Positions 61,211 to 64,000 of a stretch of 64,000 nt of DNA are shown here, one piece after another; within the stretch, counting starts at the first letter, position 1, and each line of letters begins with the position of its first letter. Source of the DNA: Felis catus. Lineage: Eukaryota. Under the pieces are notes generated by a model, which was not told the origin of the DNA, did not search any database, and saw only the letters and a program-made list of their open reading frames with translations. The stretch lies in NCBI RefSeq assembly GCF_018350175.1, contig NC_058368.1:103790001-103854000 (forward strand), read 5' to 3'. Both the position numbers and the translations under genes were made by a program.

Positions 61211-62392
61211 GTTCATAGTGATAAAAGCCTACATCAGGAAACAAGAAAGACCTCAAATAAACAATCTACCTTTGCATCTCAAGGAACTAGAAAAGGAAGA
61301 ACAAACAAAGCCCAAACTTGGTAAAAGGAAGGAAGTAACAAAGATCAGAGTAAAAATAAAATACAGACTAAAAAGACAATAGAAGAGATCAACGAAACTA
61401 AGAGCTGTGTTTTTTTAATTTTTTTAAATGTTTATTTAGTTTTTTGAGACAGAGAGAGACATAGCATGAACAGGGGAGGGTCAGAGAGAGAGGGAGACAC
61501 AGAATCTGAACAGGCTCCAGGCTCTGAGCTGTCGGCACAGAGCCCGATGTGGGGCTCGAACTCACAGACCGTGAGGTCATGACCTAAGCCGAAGTTGGAC
61601 GCTCAACCAACTGAGCCACCCAGGCGCCCCTCTCACGGACCGTGAGGTCATGACCTGAGCCGAAGTCGGACGCTCAACCGACTGAGCCACCCAGGTGCCC
61701 CAAGAGCTTTTTTTTTAAGATAACACAAAATTGACAAACCTATAGCTAAACTCAGCAAGAAAAAAAAGAGGACTCAAAATCAGAAATAAAAGGGACACTG
61801 CAACAGATACCACAAAAATACCATGTAAAGATCAGAAGAGACTAGTATGAGCAATTATATACCAACAGACAGGGCAACCTAAAAAAAATGGATGAATTCC
61901 TAGAAACCTACGGCCTGCCAGGATTGTATCATGAAGAAATAGGAAAGTTAGACCAAATACTAGTAAGGAGACTGAATTAATCAAAAACCTCATAACAAAC
62001 CAAAGTCTAGGACTGGATGGCTTCACTGGGAACTTGTACCAATCCTTCTCAAACTCTTCCAAAAAAATAGAAGAGGAGGAAACATTTCCAAACTCAGTTG
62101 ATGAGGCCAGGATTACCTTGATACCAAAACCAGATAAGAACACCCAAAGAAAAGAAAATATAGGCTGATATCCTTGATGAACATAGCTGCAAAAATCTTC
62201 AACAAAATATCAGCAAACCAAATTCAACAGTATATTCAAAGGATCACACACTGTGATCAAATGGGATTTATTCCAGGGATACAGGGATGATTCAACATCT
62301 ACAAATCAATCAGTTCAATACACTACATTAACCACATGAAAAATAAAAATCATGATCATCTCAACAGATGCAGAAACGCATTTGACAAAATG
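61211..62392 (+). mobile_element. Internal L1 ORF2 fragment (post-endonuclease to start of RT), degenerate
   Basis: gcctacatcaggaaacaagaaag...aaggaactagaaaaggaagaacaaac; ggatggcttcactgg; gaggccaggattaccttgataccaaaacc; catctcaacagatgcagaaacgcatttgacaaaat. Confidence 0.9.
61409..61701 (-). mobile_element. Felid SINE with tandemly duplicated 70-nt head
   Basis: 61561-61630 and 61632-61701 repeat; flanking aagagct 61400-61406/61702-61708. Confidence 0.93.
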
Positions 62393-62708
62393 TTAAAATT
62401 AGTGTTTTTTTAAAAAAGCTTTAGAAGAAGATTAAACTGTTAAAAATGATCAAGATTGACTTAGTTTGTACTTTTCCCTATATGTTTGTTTATAATTAGA
62501 AAAATTAAAACTCAGAAAATATTGATTACTATGTTTTCCATCTCCCTGACAATGATGCCTAAAAGAGTTACAAATTCACATTTACTGATAGAGTTGGCTA
62601 AACATTGTCAAAGAAGTCAAAGATGACATGATCATATAAATTATCCATGCAAATTATGAACTGTGTGTAAATTATATTTATTTTTTTCCTTTATCAAAAT
62701 TATGTCAG

Positions 62709-62890
62709 CGGTGCCTGGGTGGCTCAGTTAGTTAAACATCAAGATTCTTGATTTTGGCTCAGGTCATGACCTCACAGTTTGTAGGTTCGAACCCCGTGTA
62801 GGGCTCTGCACTGTCAGCTTGGGATCTCTCTTTCCCTCTCTCTGCCCCTGCCCCACGCCCTATCTCTAAATAAATAAATAAATAAACATA
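62709..62890 (+). mobile_element. Can-SINE
   Basis: Head, core, (TAAA)n. Confidence 0.9.
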
Positions 62891-62893
62891 CTA

Positions 62894-63100
62894 GGGGCTC
62901 CTGGGTGGCTCAGTCAGTTAAGTGGCCGACTTCGGCTCAGGTCATGATCTCCCGGTCGGAGAGTTTGAGCCCCGCATTGGGGTCTGTGCTGACAGCTCAG
63001 ACTGCTTTGGATTCTGTGTGTCCCTCTCTCTCTGCCCCTAACCCACTCGCATTCTGTCTCTGTGTCTTTCAAAAATAAACATTAAAAAAAATTTTTTTAA
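62894..63100 (+). mobile_element. Felid SINE in tail of previous SINE
   Basis: Head, core, tail. Confidence 0.9.
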
Positions 63101-63151
63101 ATAAACAAAGCAAAACAAAAACAAACAAACAAACAAATAAAACCTTATGCC

Positions 63152-63353
63152 GGGGGCACGTGCATCTGAGTCTCGAGTTCCACTCAGGTCATGATCCGAG
63201 GGTCATGAGATGGAGCCCAGTGTCAGGTTCGCGCTGGGTTGAAGCCCACTTAAGATTCTCTCTCGCTCCCTCTCTCTCTGTTCCCCCTCTGTTTGCTCTG
63301 TCTTTCTCACTCTCTGTCTCTCAAAAAAACAAAATAAAACAAAACAAAAAAAC
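63152..63353 (+). mobile_element. Can-SINE (diverged)
   Basis: ctcaggtcatgatcc, (CT)n, A tail. Confidence 0.82.
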
Positions 63354-63755
63354 CTCTGCCAATAACTTGATAGCCTCTATCAAAGGCCTTATCAGGGATT
63401 CCTTGGCCTCTAGGAGATAAAGGAGAAATGGATTAATCCAAAGCAAGCAATCTCCTTAGAAAAACCACTCAAAATTCAGTCCATATCATTTTTAGTAGCA
63501 AATGCCATTTTTAAGAACAAGACCTAATATTTGCCAAACAAATATCTGGGTCTGAGATTCTGGTTAATCAAACACAAAACACGTACACTGATTAAAAAAA
63601 AAAAAAAAACAGTAACGTATAATACAGAGAACAGACATTCGCACTTCTGACCAATAGACACTGTAAGTCCCATTCAAAGCGTGGAATTTCATTCCAGGAG
63701 GCAACAAAATTTTCATAGTGTCAAGGGGAATTCTGCTTCCACTTAAGATGTGGAA

Positions 63756-63949
63756 CAAGTGTTGGCCAACTTTTTCTGTAAAAGACTAGATAGTAAATAA
63801 TTTTTGCTTTACAGCCATATGGTCTCTGTCATAATGACTCAGTTTTTAGTCACAGAAAATATGTAAACAAAATGAGCATGGCTGGGTTTCAGTAAAACTG
63901 TATTTATGGAAACAGGGGACGGGCACAGATCAAAGTTAGCCAACGCCTA
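63756..63949 (+). mobile_element. MER58-like hAT-Charlie MITE
   Basis: Imperfect TIRs gtgttggccaact / agttagccaacgc; tttttctgtaaaagactagatagtaaata. Confidence 0.72.
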
Positions 63950-64000
63950 ATATACAAAGTCACAAGTGAATGTTATTCTCACCCCAACAATGAGAGCAAG

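Noticed and set aside
60676..61256. Overlapping 177-aa (+) and 166-aa (-) ORFs in unique DNA
   Set aside because: Non-ATG starts, no recognisable domain or splice structure, and the minus ORF starts within L1. A few ORFs of this length are expected by chance across six frames of 64 kb.

Overview
This is mammalian genomic DNA from a felid (cat-like) carnivore. About 60 tRNA-derived Can-SINEs (SINEC/SINEC_Fc-like, roughly one per kb) sit among 5'-truncated L1s, MaLR (MLT1) solo LTRs, MER58/MER5-type DNA-transposon relics, MIR/L2 remnants and microsatellites. There is also a ~1.4 kb complex (AC/AT) satellite at 12342-13775. I recognise no protein-coding exon, RNA gene or CpG island, and the ORF track is explained by SINE, L1, low-complexity or chance ORFs. 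L1 orientation bias and several good splice-site pairs suggest the window lies inside introns of a minus-strand gene that I cannot name. I found no convincing novel biological system. The best oddities are: a SINE-spacer-SINE composite enclosed by one perfect 17-bp TSD; a 45-bp templated copy 1.3 kb from its twin; an old ~170-bp duplication ending at splice-acceptor-like sites; a SINE with a duplicated head; a close inverted pair of young SINEs; and re-used insertion sites. Repeat subfamily names come from recalled consensus sequences and need RepeatMasker/Dfam confirmation.
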